Positions 1 through 11,860 of a stretch of 64,000 nucleotides of DNA are shown piece by piece. The notes under the pieces were generated by a model. The model made no database searches. It saw nothing but the letters and a program-made list of their open reading frames with translations, and was not told where the DNA came from. The stretch comes from Isurus oxyrinchus. Lineage: Eukaryota. The stretch is from NCBI GenBank assembly GCA_026770705.1, contig JANJGN010000126.1, forward strand, positions 434,001 through 498,000, read 5' to 3'. Both the position numbers and the translations under genes were made by a program. Each line of letters opens with the position of its first letter. Position 1 is the first letter of the stretch.

Positions 1-529
1 TGTTTGCTAATCAGAATGAATGAATGGATCTACTGATGTGAAATGTTTGTTTTTCCAATTGCAGGAAGTGATTTTAAATTATGTTCTGATTTTTGGGCCT
101 TGTGCAGTTGAAATTGTCTATAACGTGCCAATTAAATTGCTAATTTTGTGTTGGGGGTGACACAGTGGAAAGTGATGTTATTCCATAATCTGTAACAGTG
201 CCACAATTCAATAATTGCACTTGTTTGTAAAGACTCCTCATTTAACTTTGATTATGTTGAGAGACAAACTGATTCAAAAAATATATTGGTAGAATGATTC
301 AATTAAAATGCATTAAAGGTACTGAAAGACTCTGTGCAGTATTTCCAAATTTAAATTCGTCACAGCATCGACAGAGACCCCAGAATAGCAGTAAATGGTT
401 AATAAAAGTTAATACGGAATGAAATGGTCTTGCCAGCTGTGAGGTGGCACACTACATGACCATGTTTCCAGTTTCGAGATAGTACCCGAGAAAGAATTCC
501 TAACTTCTTGCTACACATGGATACCAGGT

Positions 530-1915
530 TTAGGTGATGCATGAACAAAGACATCCAGGGCCCTTCTAAGATCTATCTATCCCAACCTCTCAGCAGTTAA
601 AAAACACACTGCTGTTTTGTTTATTTTTCAACCAAAGAGGATAACATCACAGTTATTCACAGTGCATTTCATCTTCCATGTTCTTGCTCATTGACTTCTC
701 CTGTCCAAGCCGCCTTGAAGCCTGGTTGCATCCTCCTCACAACATACATTCACAGCTGGTTTTGTCTCATCAACAGGTTTGAAAATGTTAGTTTGGTTGC
801 CTCATCGAAAACATTTATAAGGGTTTTGAACAGCGGTGGACTGAACAGTGATCCTTCCTGTATCCCAGTAGTAACAGTCCGCAATCATGACAAAGACCCA
901 TTTATTCCTCCACTCCCTGTTCTGTCCGTGAACCATATACACTGCATGCACTGGCTCTCCATTATGTATTCTGCATGCAACATCATCAACATCCTCTATT
1001 GGGTTTGTCAAACATGATTGCTCTTTCATAAATCAATGCTGACTCCGTCAAGTGCTGTCATCATTTTCTAAGTGCTCAATTATCACATATTTAGAATCTA
1101 ACAGCTTCCATAATATTGATATCAAATGTAGTTCTTCATTCTCCCTCCCTCCTGTCTTAATTGGTGGGATTGCATATCCTAATTTCTGGGCTGCAGGAAA
1201 TCTTCCAGAATCCGTGCAATTTGGAAAGCTAACCACCAGTGCAGCCATTATCTCTGTAACCACCTACTTCAACACCCTGAGATGTAGCTCATCTGGTCCT
1301 GCGAATTTATTAATCTTCCACCCAATTAGTTTCTCGGGTTCAGTCACCTTATTAATACGAATTTCTTTCAGTTCCTCATTTTGACAAGTCCCTTGGTCCA
1401 CTATTTTTTTTCTGGGAGATAATTCTGTATTTTCCACGATGATGACAACACAAAGTAATCTTTCAATTCCTATACCGTTTTCCAATTCGCTACTTTAACA
1501 TCTCCCACCTTTGCATGAAACCAGCGTTTTCCTTGCTCTTTTGTGACTTTTTCTGTGTCAAAATAAACTTCTATAGTCCGCCTTTATGCTTTTTGTTAGC
1601 TTGCATTCCCACATTTTGTCGCTTTCTTCATCAGTTCCATGGGCATCGTTTGCTGAATTATAAATGCCCCAAACCCTCGGGCTTATCACTTTATCTGTCA
1701 ACCTTATAAGCCATCTGTTGTCATCTAATGCAAGTGGTGGTTCAAATCACCTTCCCTTTTGGGTTTTGTGCCTTAGAGAATATATATTTGCAGCACACCA
1801 TATTATACTTCTTTAATAATTAGCCATTTCGTGTCTACTATCAAGCCTTTTAATGCATCTCCCAATTCACTATAGCCAACCTGCCCTTCATACCTCCAAT
1901 ATTTGCTTAGGTCAT
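530..1915 (-). mobile_element. Degenerate CR1 LINE ORF2 (reverse transcriptase region) fragment
   Basis: Minus-strand ORF pieces KFAGPDELHLRVLK (1264-1485) and QSCLTNPIEDVDDVACRIHNGEPVHAVY (802-1029) match the CR1 motifs KSPGPDGLHPRVLKE and KSCLTNLIEFF..VDxGEPVDVVY; many stops and frameshifts. Confidence 0.85.
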
Positions 1916-1924
1916 TTATAAAAT

Positions 1925-2730
1925 CCGAGTTTTATCTCCCAATGCGGCCTCCTGCACGTTGGAAAGACCAAACACAGGCTGAGTGACTGCTTTGCAGAAC
2001 ACCTTCGATCCGTTTGAAAACACGACCTAGACCTCCCTGTCGCTTCTCATTTCTACACTCTACCCTAATCTCACTCCCAGATGTCCGTCCTTGGCCTGCT
2101 GCAATGTTCCAGTGAAGCTAAATGCAAACTGGAGGAACAGCAGCTCATCTTCTGGCAAGGCACTTTACAGCCTTCCGGACTTAATATTGAGTTCAACAAC
2201 TTCAGATCATGAACTCTCTCCTCCATCCCACCAGCATTCCGATCCCCCCTTTTCCAATAATTTATATATATATTTCTTTTCCCACCTATGTCTATTCTGT
2301 TTAAATGTATTTCCATCCATATTTTTATCTCTACCTTTTTGCTTAGTTCGATCCCTGCCCCCAACCCCGCCCCCAGTGGTGCTATCTGTCACTTGTTCGT
2401 CCTGTTTTCTACCCTTAATGTCACCATTAGCACATTCCTCAGCTAGTATCACCACCGTCGACACCCCTTTGTCGTTTTGTCTATGATATCCATGGCAATC
2501 ACTTCTTTGCCTCCACCTATCACTGGCCCTCTATCCAGCTCCACCTTCCGCATCCACTCAACAAGCTTATATTTCACTTCATTTCTGTTTTCCTTAGTTC
2601 TGATGAAGAGTCATACGGACTCGAAATGTTAAGTGTGTTCCTCTCCACAGATGCTGTCAGACCTGCGGCTTTTTTTTCAGGTAGTTTTGTTTTTGTTTCA
2701 GATTTCCAGCATCCGCAGTATTTTGCTGTG
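1925..2730 (+). mobile_element. Penelope-like retroelement 3' part (GIY-YIG endonuclease C-terminus plus 3' repeat)
   Basis: Manual translation from about 1956 gives HVGKTKHRLSDCFAEHLRSV..LPVASHF..LEEQQLIFWQGTLQPSGLNIEFNNFRS*, typical of a PLE GIY-YIG domain. The tail is shared with 18620-19412 and 32745-33125. Confidence 0.8.
2596..2634 (+). ncRNA. Minimal type I hammerhead ribozyme motif (slightly decayed) in the Penelope 3' repeat
   Basis: AGTT-CTGATGA-A-GAGTC-atacg-GACTC-GAAA-TGTT-AAGT: intact CUGAUGA and GAAA core boxes and a perfect 5-bp stem II. Two substitutions versus the consensus built from the other copies (ACGT palindrome, AACT stem I). Confidence 0.6.
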
Positions 2731-3379
2731 AACTAGCACACATACGGATTCCAGCGCAATGATCTTAATTTGGGATAATTGAGTGGGCTTAAAGGTGTTG
2801 CTCTTCAAATTTAGAGCAAGTTCAGTCAGATGGTGGAGAGTGAAGGTTCATGGGGAGAGCCCTCAGATTGTCCTGGTGGGAAATAGACAAATACAGAGAT
2901 TCGATATCCAATGGTGAAAAGGAGTTGGCTGAAATAACGGAGGGCATCAGATTAGCCGTAGGTATTAGTGGGAAGAGTCTGAATGACAGCTGCTCACAAA
3001 AGCTGTAAACATGTATGAATATGACCAGTCCATAGAGGATCTAACGGCATGTTTACCTTGCTTATGTGCAAAGCCAAAATAAATGAACTGATCTAACAAT
3101 GTGTTCCCTGAATGGAAACTGGCCAAACTGGTACTTTTAAACTAAAAGTAAAGACATAATGCGTTGGATACCGGGAATCTGCACGAAAAAATACAGACGT
3201 TGTTGGGTATAATCTGGCAGCGTCTGAGCTGAGCATTTCTAGAATTTATCATTTTATTCCCGATGAAATCCAATCTCCCTGACGTTCATCGAGCCACACT
3301 GCCTGCCATTGTGTTGAGCTGGACCTATGGAACGTTGAAATTAACTATACTGAATGTGAGTTTGCAGGGCAGGACTCAC

Positions 3380-4265
3380 CCCTAGTTCTAGGTTCTCCCA
3401 AAAGCGAAAGCATCCTCTCCACATCCACCCTTTCGAGCCGCCTCATGATGTCATCTTGATCTTATGAACTCCAGTAGATACAAGCATAGACTGCACAACC
3501 TTTCCACATAAGATAGCCTTTCTGTGTCCGGCATTGGTATGGTAGACCTTATCTGAAATATTTCCAAAATGTTGATGTCCTTCATTAAGTAAGGAGAATA
3601 ATACTGTACATAGTGTTCCAGATGTCGTGCCACCAGTGTCCTGCCTAACTGAGGCGGAGAGTTTCTACTTTTCCAATATTTACCCCTCACCATAAATGAT
3701 AATATTCTATTAGCTTTCCTAACTACTTGCTGCACCTGCTTGCTAATATTTTGTGATTCATGCACTAGGACACCCAAATCCCTCTGCGTCTCAGAGCCCT
3801 GCAATCTCACACCAATTAGATAATATGCTTCACTACCATTCCTCTTTCCAAAATAGACAATTTCACATTTTCCCACATTATACCCCACTTGCCATATCCT
3901 TGCTCACTCACTTAATTGATCAATATCCCTTTGTAACCTCCTTATGCCCAATTCACAACTTACTTTCCTCCCTATACTTGTATCATTGGCAAATTAGCAT
4001 CCATTGCTTCAATCGCATCAAAGAAGTCATTTTATAAATTATAAAATGTTCAGGCTCCAGCACTGATCCCTGTGGCACTCCATTCGTACGATTTAGCTCA
4101 CCAAAAAACAGGGCATTTTTCCTACTCTCTGTTTCCTCTCAGCTAGACAATCTCTATCCAAGCCAATTTATTATCCCCTACACTGTGAGCTTTTAATTTC
4201 CGCATTTAAAATAGATTTATCATTTTCAAATGGCTTCTAGAATTCTAAGTACAACACATTCACCG
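3380..4265 (-). mobile_element. CR1 LINE ORF2 3' fragment
   Basis: ORF 3451-3888: YNVGKCEIVYFGKRN..QRDLGVLVHES..ANRILSF..LVARHLEHYVQY, the CR1 post-RT region. Confidence 0.9.
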
Positions 4266-4801
4266 TTACTTCTTGAAATAGCTCCAATCAGAGTCCTTAT
4301 CGAGCCTCACTATACTGAACCGGACTATTTAGGGTGAACTGGATCGGCCCAAATTGAACCGAACCTAATCAGGTCGGTAAATCTGAATTAAAAGTAATTG
4401 CGAATTGAGCCTGCGCACACTGAATGTAACCGGTGTTTAACTGGACCAGTCAAAAGCTAAAATGCGGATAGTTTTACTTTCAAGACTCAGGAAAAGTTTC
4501 AGTCATGTATCTGACCCATCATCACACCTTCATTTGCTTTTGGACCAGCATATCTATGACACTTTTCCCTTTGTTCTGTGATCACTTCGTTCAACTTCCA
4601 ATTGTTAAACCTGAAAACTCTGCGGACCATGTTTATTTTTTTTTCACATCAGAATGTGTCAGATCACTGGAAAACACTTTCTAGCGCATGGAAATACAAA
4701 GACGAGTCCGGGAGCATCTTCACCAATCTGTTAGTTTCATAAACACTATTAAGTGCAGCAGGTCAATGAAGATAATTATCTCCCTTGAGCCTGACTTCAG
4801 A

Positions 4802-4807
4802 TATAAA
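4802..4807 (+). promoter_or_regulatory. Candidate TATA box of GPCR gene 1
   Basis: TATAAA starting 57 nt upstream of the exon-1 ATG at 4859; positional inference only. Confidence 0.35.
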
Positions 4808-5441
4808 TGTAACAATCGCTGAGAACAAAGCAGAACGTGTTCCTAGCTTCTGAGGGAAATGCACGGATTACCGAAGGGCCTGCTGTTTGCCATTTACTAC
4901 CCCGTCCTTGCAGCTGTGGGCGTTCCAGCTAAAGTACGATTGTCAGTTACTCTTTACAGGAATTATTAATTAGATGTATTATTGTTCTCAGTTACAATTC
5001 CCGCTTCTTCATGGCGTATGATTCCCTTTTTCCCGTTAATGGAATATTTTCTCCCTTTACCAGGACATTTCGACTCCTTAACTGATGTAATTTCACCTAA
5101 TTAATGTCTCACTATATTTCTCGGCCTGCGTATCTCCTTTTGTCTGTTCATCTGTCCGAGGGATCTTTCATCTACCTGAGGGAGGATCCTTTGTTGTATT
5201 GTCTAATGATGTCTCCTTCTGAACTGGGTCTGGAGCTGTTTCTGTCCCCTAATGGTTCTTTCCTCATTGCCTACCGATTTCAGATGCATGGGGAGGAGGC
5301 AAGCCCCAAGTCTACCTCGGCCTGAAAGAGAATTGAAGCCGCGTTGCTGGTGTTTTATTTTTGTGAACCGCCTGACTTCAAGACAATTATGCTAACCGCC
5401 CCTTGTCAGTACGCTCTCAGAGTCTCAATGTAGTTCCATAT

Positions 5442-5535
5442 AGTTATTGACAGAGATAAAAACAAAAAAATTGCAGATGCTGGAAATCCAAAACAAAAAC
5501 AGAATTACCTGGAAAAACTCAGCAGTTATTGACAG
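5442..5535 (-). mobile_element. 70-bp 5'-truncated Penelope-derived insertion with 12-bp target-site duplication
   Basis: AGTTATTGACAG at 5442-5453 and 5524-5535 flanks 5454-5523, which is the reverse complement of the element 3' end seen at about 19345-19414. Confidence 0.75.
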
Positions 5536-6109
5536 CCCTTATCTGGGTGAATCATCCCAGAGATCATGTAGCTCTGCTGCGTGATTTGACATTTCGATTG
5601 CAGATGAATTGGTCCGCACAGTGCAATTGTAATGTAATTGTCGTATAAACGCTGTTATTGACAGCGAATTATCACGTTATTCTTGTGGTATAATTGTAAA
5701 CCCAATGCGTTTTTGGCACTGGCAGTGGCTGAGTATTTTCCAACAATTGATTCATTTATTATTATTCAACTGTTAACTTATTCCTGGCTAAAGGAATATG
5801 GGGTCCCTTTCCTTCAATTAAATTATTTGGCATTGAGTTGTTGACAGAAGAAACAATGTGCGTTGATACGTTATGAAATAATCAGTGTTTCTCTAAATGA
5901 AGTAATGGATTGCGACAGCAAAGATCAGGCCATAAGGCCCGCCATGGCAATGCGGGGCACTGTGCAAAACCAGTGCACGCGGTTCCATTCCCTCAAGATT
6001 CCCCTTTCCCTCTTTACATGTTTATACTCTCGGACATCCTATTATTATTGATCCCATTCTCTTCCCGTAGTCGCCAGCTGATGTGTTGCCCTTACTTCCC
6101 CTTATGCAC

Positions 6110-9100
6110 AGAATACTTACATTGCAGAGGAAGGCCGCTCGGCCCATCCAGTCTGCAGTAGCCTTCTGAAAGATCATTTGACCTAGTGCTATTTCCCTGC
6201 CTCATTCCCGTAACCTTGCATATTAATTATATTCCAATAGGCATCCAATTCCTCTCTGAGTACTTCGATAAAAGCTCCCTTAACCAGTCGCTCAGGAATT
6301 TCGTTCCAGATTCCACCAGACTTTGGGTGAAAAATATCAGTCCCATTACTTTTACTCCTTTCTCCAAATAATTTGAATTTGTGCCATCAAGCCCTTCATG
6401 CTCCCTTGAGTGAAAACATTTTCTCGCTATTTACTCAGCCCATGCCTCTGAGGACCTTGAATATCTCTATCAAGTCCCCTCTCAGCCTTCATTCCTCCAA
6501 GAAAAGAAAATCGGCAAACTCTTCAAACTATCATCAGAGCAATAATTCGCCAACCTGGGATAATTCTTGTGAATCTCCTCTGTACTCTCCCCATGGCCTT
6601 CGCAACATTTCTCAAGTATGGCGCCCAGGACTTGACGCAGAAACTCAGATGAGGTGTAACCAGTGTCTTAAATAGGTTCAACATGACCACTATACTGTTG
6701 CAATCAATGGTCATATTAATAAACATTAGGCACTAAACGCTTTATTAACTGCTCTCAGCATGCCCTGCCATCTTCAATAATCTATCTACGTATACACTGA
6801 GACCCCTCTGTTCCTACACCTCCCTAAGTGTTTCCCCTTTATTTCATCCAGTCTTTCCATATTCTTATTTCCAAAATGAATCACCTCACGCTTCGCTGCA
6901 TTGAACTGCATCTATCACTTGTCTGCCCATTCCACCAAAATTCGTATTGAATTTTGAAGTTAAAGACGATCCTCATCGCAGTTGACAAAGATTCCAATCG
7001 TTGTATCATTTGCAGATTTTGAAAACAAGCACTAAAGAACTGAGTCTAAGTCTTTAACATGTATCTTGAAGAGATCGTGTCCCAGCAGTGACCCCTGGGG
7101 AAATCTACTACCAAATATGCTCCTGTCTGAAAAAACTTCACGAACCACTGTTCGTTTTTTCCTGTAATTCAGCCAATTTCATATCAGAGTGCCAACACTC
7201 ACTGTTATTCCCAGATATAGAATTTTTCTCACAAGCCTTCTGTTTGGCACTGCATTATGAAAATCCAGGAATGCCACATCAACATCATTGCTCATATCAA
7301 CATTCCCTGTTACCATCTCAAAAAAGCCAACTTATTTAAAAATGATTCTGCCCTTGTCAAAGTTTCGATTGACTATGTTCCTAGGTATAGTCTCCAGAAG
7401 TCAAAGTGACTGGTGCTTCATCACCGCCATTTATGAACAAGGGTTTAACTTTCGCAATTCTCCAGCACTCTGGAACACCCCTCCATCCCCTGTCTCACCT
7501 CGCCCCCCGCACCCCACCCCCCACCCTCGCACTCGTGTCTATGGAAAGCTGGAAGATTATCACTACTGCCTCTGAAATTTTCACTATCACTTCCCAATGT
7601 ATTCTTGGATGCATCTCAACCGATCCTGATAACTTATCAATTTTAGGTAAAGGTAGCCTTTCTAAAGCCTCCTTCTTCTCAATTGTAAATTCTTATAGTG
7701 TACCAGTTAACCACTCTCTCACCTCGGCCTTGTAACATGTTTTCCCTTTGTAAATTCACCTGCAAATTAATGCCTTCGCTATTTATCCTGCCTTCAGGTG
7801 CAACTCAACTTTCCATTCCATAATCGGCTCTTCCTTCTTTTACCAAACATTATTATTTGTACATTGTTAGAAGACCTTGAGATTCCCCTTCATGCTAGCT
7901 GCCAATATCTTCTCATGCTTTCTCCTTGTTTTGCATATTGGTATTTGTATCGCCTCCCCCGCCCCCGCCTTCTTTCCATGTTAAGCTTGATTCTGTGTTG
8001 TATTTTCTACCTGGCCTCTATGTGCGCAAAAGCCCTTATTTTCATCATCACCTCATTCCTCTCGTCATCCAGGGAGTTCAGGATTTACTTTTCCTAACTT
8101 TCCCTTTTAAGGGAATATAGCTTGACATTGCCTGCAATACATTTCCTTTGAAGATAGCCATTGTTGAACCAATGTCTTTTCTGCCAGCATTAGGTTGCAC
8201 ATCATCGACTCAGGTGTATTTTTATTCCAATGGAGTTAGCTTACCCCCAATGAATTATCCATGTCCTGGATTGTTCCTTGTCCATTTCCATGGCCAACAT
8301 AAACCTGAAAATGCAATGCTAATGGTTCTCTAAATGCTCTCCCATTGACATTCGATCCAATTGAGCCAAACCATTCCCAAAAACAAGTTCCAACAGTGCC
8401 TTCCCTCTGGTTGGACCAGAAGGATACGGCTGCAGAAACTTATCTTGAACTCATTCGAGGAACTGTCGCCCCTTTTGTCCATTTGCACTATTCCCATGCC
8501 AGGCTATATTTGGATAATTGAAGTCCCCGATTATTATAACTCTATAATTGTATACCTCCCTGTAACTTCTTTGTACATTTGCTTCTCTATATCCCTTGCA
8601 CCAATTGGTGATCTCTGTTTTGCAATGGTCATTTCAGCATTTTCACTCATTACCTCAAGCCGGAGAGATTCGGTCATTGACCCCGCTGGAACATCCTCAC
8701 TCTCCGGTACTATGATGTCATTTTAATGAACACTGCCACCACCGCCACCACCCATATCCAGATTTTCTTCATTTCCTTAACATCTTGTACATGGAATTGT
8801 TAACTCCTAGCCGTGCATTTCTTTGAGCCATGTTTCTGTTATAGCAATAATATCATAATTCTATTTGTCGCCTGTGTCTGTAGTTCACCATTCTTATTAT
8901 CCAAACCCTGTGTATTTACTTAAGTGCATAGTAACACTGATTTAGTTTTACTTTTACTCTCTCCTCACTCTTTCCTGATCGAATGACTTGCTATTGCCCA
9001 CACTAACTCCATCAATTCTCCAAGCATTTCTTTTACCTTCATACTACTCGCTGATATACCCTTCTTATCGGTAAGAACTTTTCTACTTCTCACTGCCAGT

Positions 9101-10110
9101 TCCAACCGTCTCCACTCTGAATTTCCTCTCGGGTTCTCATCCCATTGTCAACCCATTTTAATGTGTTCCCAACAACACTTGCATATCTTCCCGTGAGGAC
9201 ACTTGTCCCAGTCCTGTTAAGATGAAACCTCTCATTCTTTTGCCATTCCCACCTATCCCAGAACTGGCCCCAATGGCGAAGAAAGCTAAATCACTCCCTC
9301 CTACTCCATTTCTCCAGCTACGTGTTGAACTGCTCACTCTACCTATTCACATGGTCCCTAGTATCTGCCAATGGGAGTAATCCTGAGACGAAAGCTCCAT
9401 AAATTCTGCTTTCCGGGCCTCATCGCTTTTCCTACCTATGTTTTTTGTCCCAATGTGGGCCACGCCCTCAGCCTATTCACCCTACCCCAAAGCAGTGTTC
9501 TACAGCCGCTCTGTGACAGCTTTGACCATGTTCCCTAACCATGGAATTGTCTGCCACCATTGCACTTTTCCCCCTACCTCCCGTGCAGTTGAGCCAACTG
9601 TTGTGCCACAACCTGCCTCTTTCTTTAGTATTAAGGGGACCTACCTCAGTCACCAAAATCCAAAGTGTGGGAACAACTGGACAGCAAGGTGGCCTCCGGA
9701 GAATGCTGCTCATCCTACCTATCTACCTTAGATACTCTGGCGGTCACACATTCCCTCTCTGCCTTTGTAATTCATAGCTATTGCGTGACTGCCACTCTAA
9801 GCATGTTATCCATGTAATCATTAGGTTTGCGGATGCACCATGTTGACTCCAGCCAGCGCTCACGTTCCACATTCTAGAGCTGAGTTTTTGCAGCTGGTGA
9901 CACTTCCTGCATATGTAATCAAGGAGGGCATTTTCTGCCTGAACGACTTCCCACACCTGGCAGGATGTACATTCCACGTGACCAAGCTGCACCGACATAG
10001 CTTAAAATTTTTATGAGGTGTTTGCAACAGTGTGGTATCATATAATAATTCACCTGTCGCTCTCCAACCGCCTCCTCTGTGCTGAGTATGGACGGACCCA
10101 TATTTACTAG
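6110..10110 (-). mobile_element. Near full-length degenerate CR1 LINE inside the GPCR1 intron
   Basis: ORF1 zinc-finger-like VECTSCQVWE..YICRKCHQL (9744-9998), endonuclease region at about 8100-8950, RT/3' part LFKTLVTPHLSFCVKSWAPYL..VQRRFTRIIPG (6523-6726), and a CR1 3' UTR near 6110-6400. Confidence 0.85.
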
Positions 10111-11189
10111 CTATTCAACTAAGTAGATTCCTGTGAGGCCAGTTATAAATTTTACCTATGCTCTCTCAGCTCTGTCTGCTGCTTTGTGGGCTTTTCCTCT
10201 CTGTGAACTCTCTGTTTTATGGGCTCTCTTATCTTATTTGCTTAGCTTAATTCCATAACTTTACGAATTAACTTAGAACTGTCTCCATGTATACCACACC
10301 TCTTTCAAATGTGCACTGCATCCCCACATGAACCTAATGTGCTAATCACTCAGGATCAGCCTCACTCTGACCTGGTCGCCTATCTTTCTGGTCACGAGTT
10401 ACTGATCAACTTATGTTTTACATTCAATATTGTTCACATTGACTTATCAAGTTGACCTCTGTCGCTCTTTGTTTGGTTTGATTCACCATACTCCGTATGC
10501 TTCCCGTCATTGGCAAAGTTGGTTTTGTTGCCCTTATCTTTCCCCATCTTGGGAATATGCCTCACCTGTACCTTTTTAAAAGGAGCTCATTGTTCTTATG
10601 AGGTATTGTCTGCCACCTTTGTATACCATCTGATTTACCTGTGGTGGATCCAATCTCACCCGCATGAAATACATCTACTCAAATTTCGTATTTCATATAC
10701 ATGTTGCTCCGGATAATTTTTCAAGAATTATGATTCTAAGATATTTGTTCCCTCATCGTTCACCAACGGACACCAGATTCGGTTGACACACCTCATTCCA
10801 CAAATTCTGATCAAGCATTGCCACTTTGTTGGGCTAAAGAAAATATATATTAACAAAATCATCTTAACACTTCAAAAGCTCTTCCACATCTAAGCCCGTT
10901 TGCACTACTTCTATCCCACTCTTTGTGCAGCATCGGAAGTCCCCTATTATTTATTTTTTCGTCATTTTCATCGCCTCTCCCTAATGATCATGCCAATTGG
11001 CTTCTCCGCATATTACAACAACATGGTGGCCTTAAATTCTGTCATTGAACTCCCCAGGACCTCTTCTCTCTCCTCTGCATTATTCCCGCAATCATTACAG
11101 CCAGTTTCACCCATTTCTTCCTGTCCCTATCTTTCCTGAGCACCTTATGAGCAGGAAAGCTGAGTACACAGTGCCGCCCCTATTTTTAG

Positions 11190-11415
11190 CAGTAAAAACA
11201 TAATGTTTAACTTGAACTTAGTAGGCCTAGCAACATCTGTGGAGTGAGAAACGGACTTCTTATTTCGAGTCCATTATGACAATCTACCTACAGTGAAGAT
11301 TGTGGATTTGAACAATGAACTCAGTTTCTCTCTCTCCACATACGCTGCGAGACCTGCTAATTTCTTCCAATCCTCTCGGTTTTCCCTGTGAAATCCAGCC
11401 TCCACAGTACTTTAA
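11190..11415. repeat. Fold-back copy of the Penelope-derived repeat (old)
   Basis: CATCTGTGGAGTGAGAAAC..TTTCGAGTCC followed by an inverted arm, GTTTCTCTCTCTCCACATACGCTG. Confidence 0.55.
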
Positions 11416-11419
11416 TTCA

Positions 11420-11860
11420 ATTGTACAGCCACCTACTCTCCGGTACTCTCCGGCTTCTTCCCTCCCCTCAAATCACCATGCCCCCCACCAGGACACGCCA
11501 CGCCCCTCCCATACTCCCCCACCCCCTCCACAAACAAGCCACCTCAAGCTGGCTCACTTTCGCTGTTTCCCGTCTCCTATCATCAACTCCCTCACTTGCT
11601 TCCTCACCATCTTCTCTCCAGCCCATTCTCCTCACAACATCACCCTCCCTTTCCATGCACTCCACCTCCTCCCTTCCAATGCACCCCATACATTCCTCCT
11701 CACCACATCTCTCCCCAAACCCTTCCTACCTTTCCGTCTATCACTCCATCCCCTCCTTTCCCTGCTCCCTCCTTTACCCTCCTCGTTCTTCACCCCATCC
11801 ATACCTCCCACTCCACTGTCTCGACCCCTCCACCCATCCATCCCCTTTCCCTGCACCACT
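11420..11860. repeat. C/T-rich low-complexity tract
   Basis: Long CCCT/CCAT/CCAC-rich run; it explains the spurious Pro/His/Ser-rich ORFs here. Confidence 0.75.
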
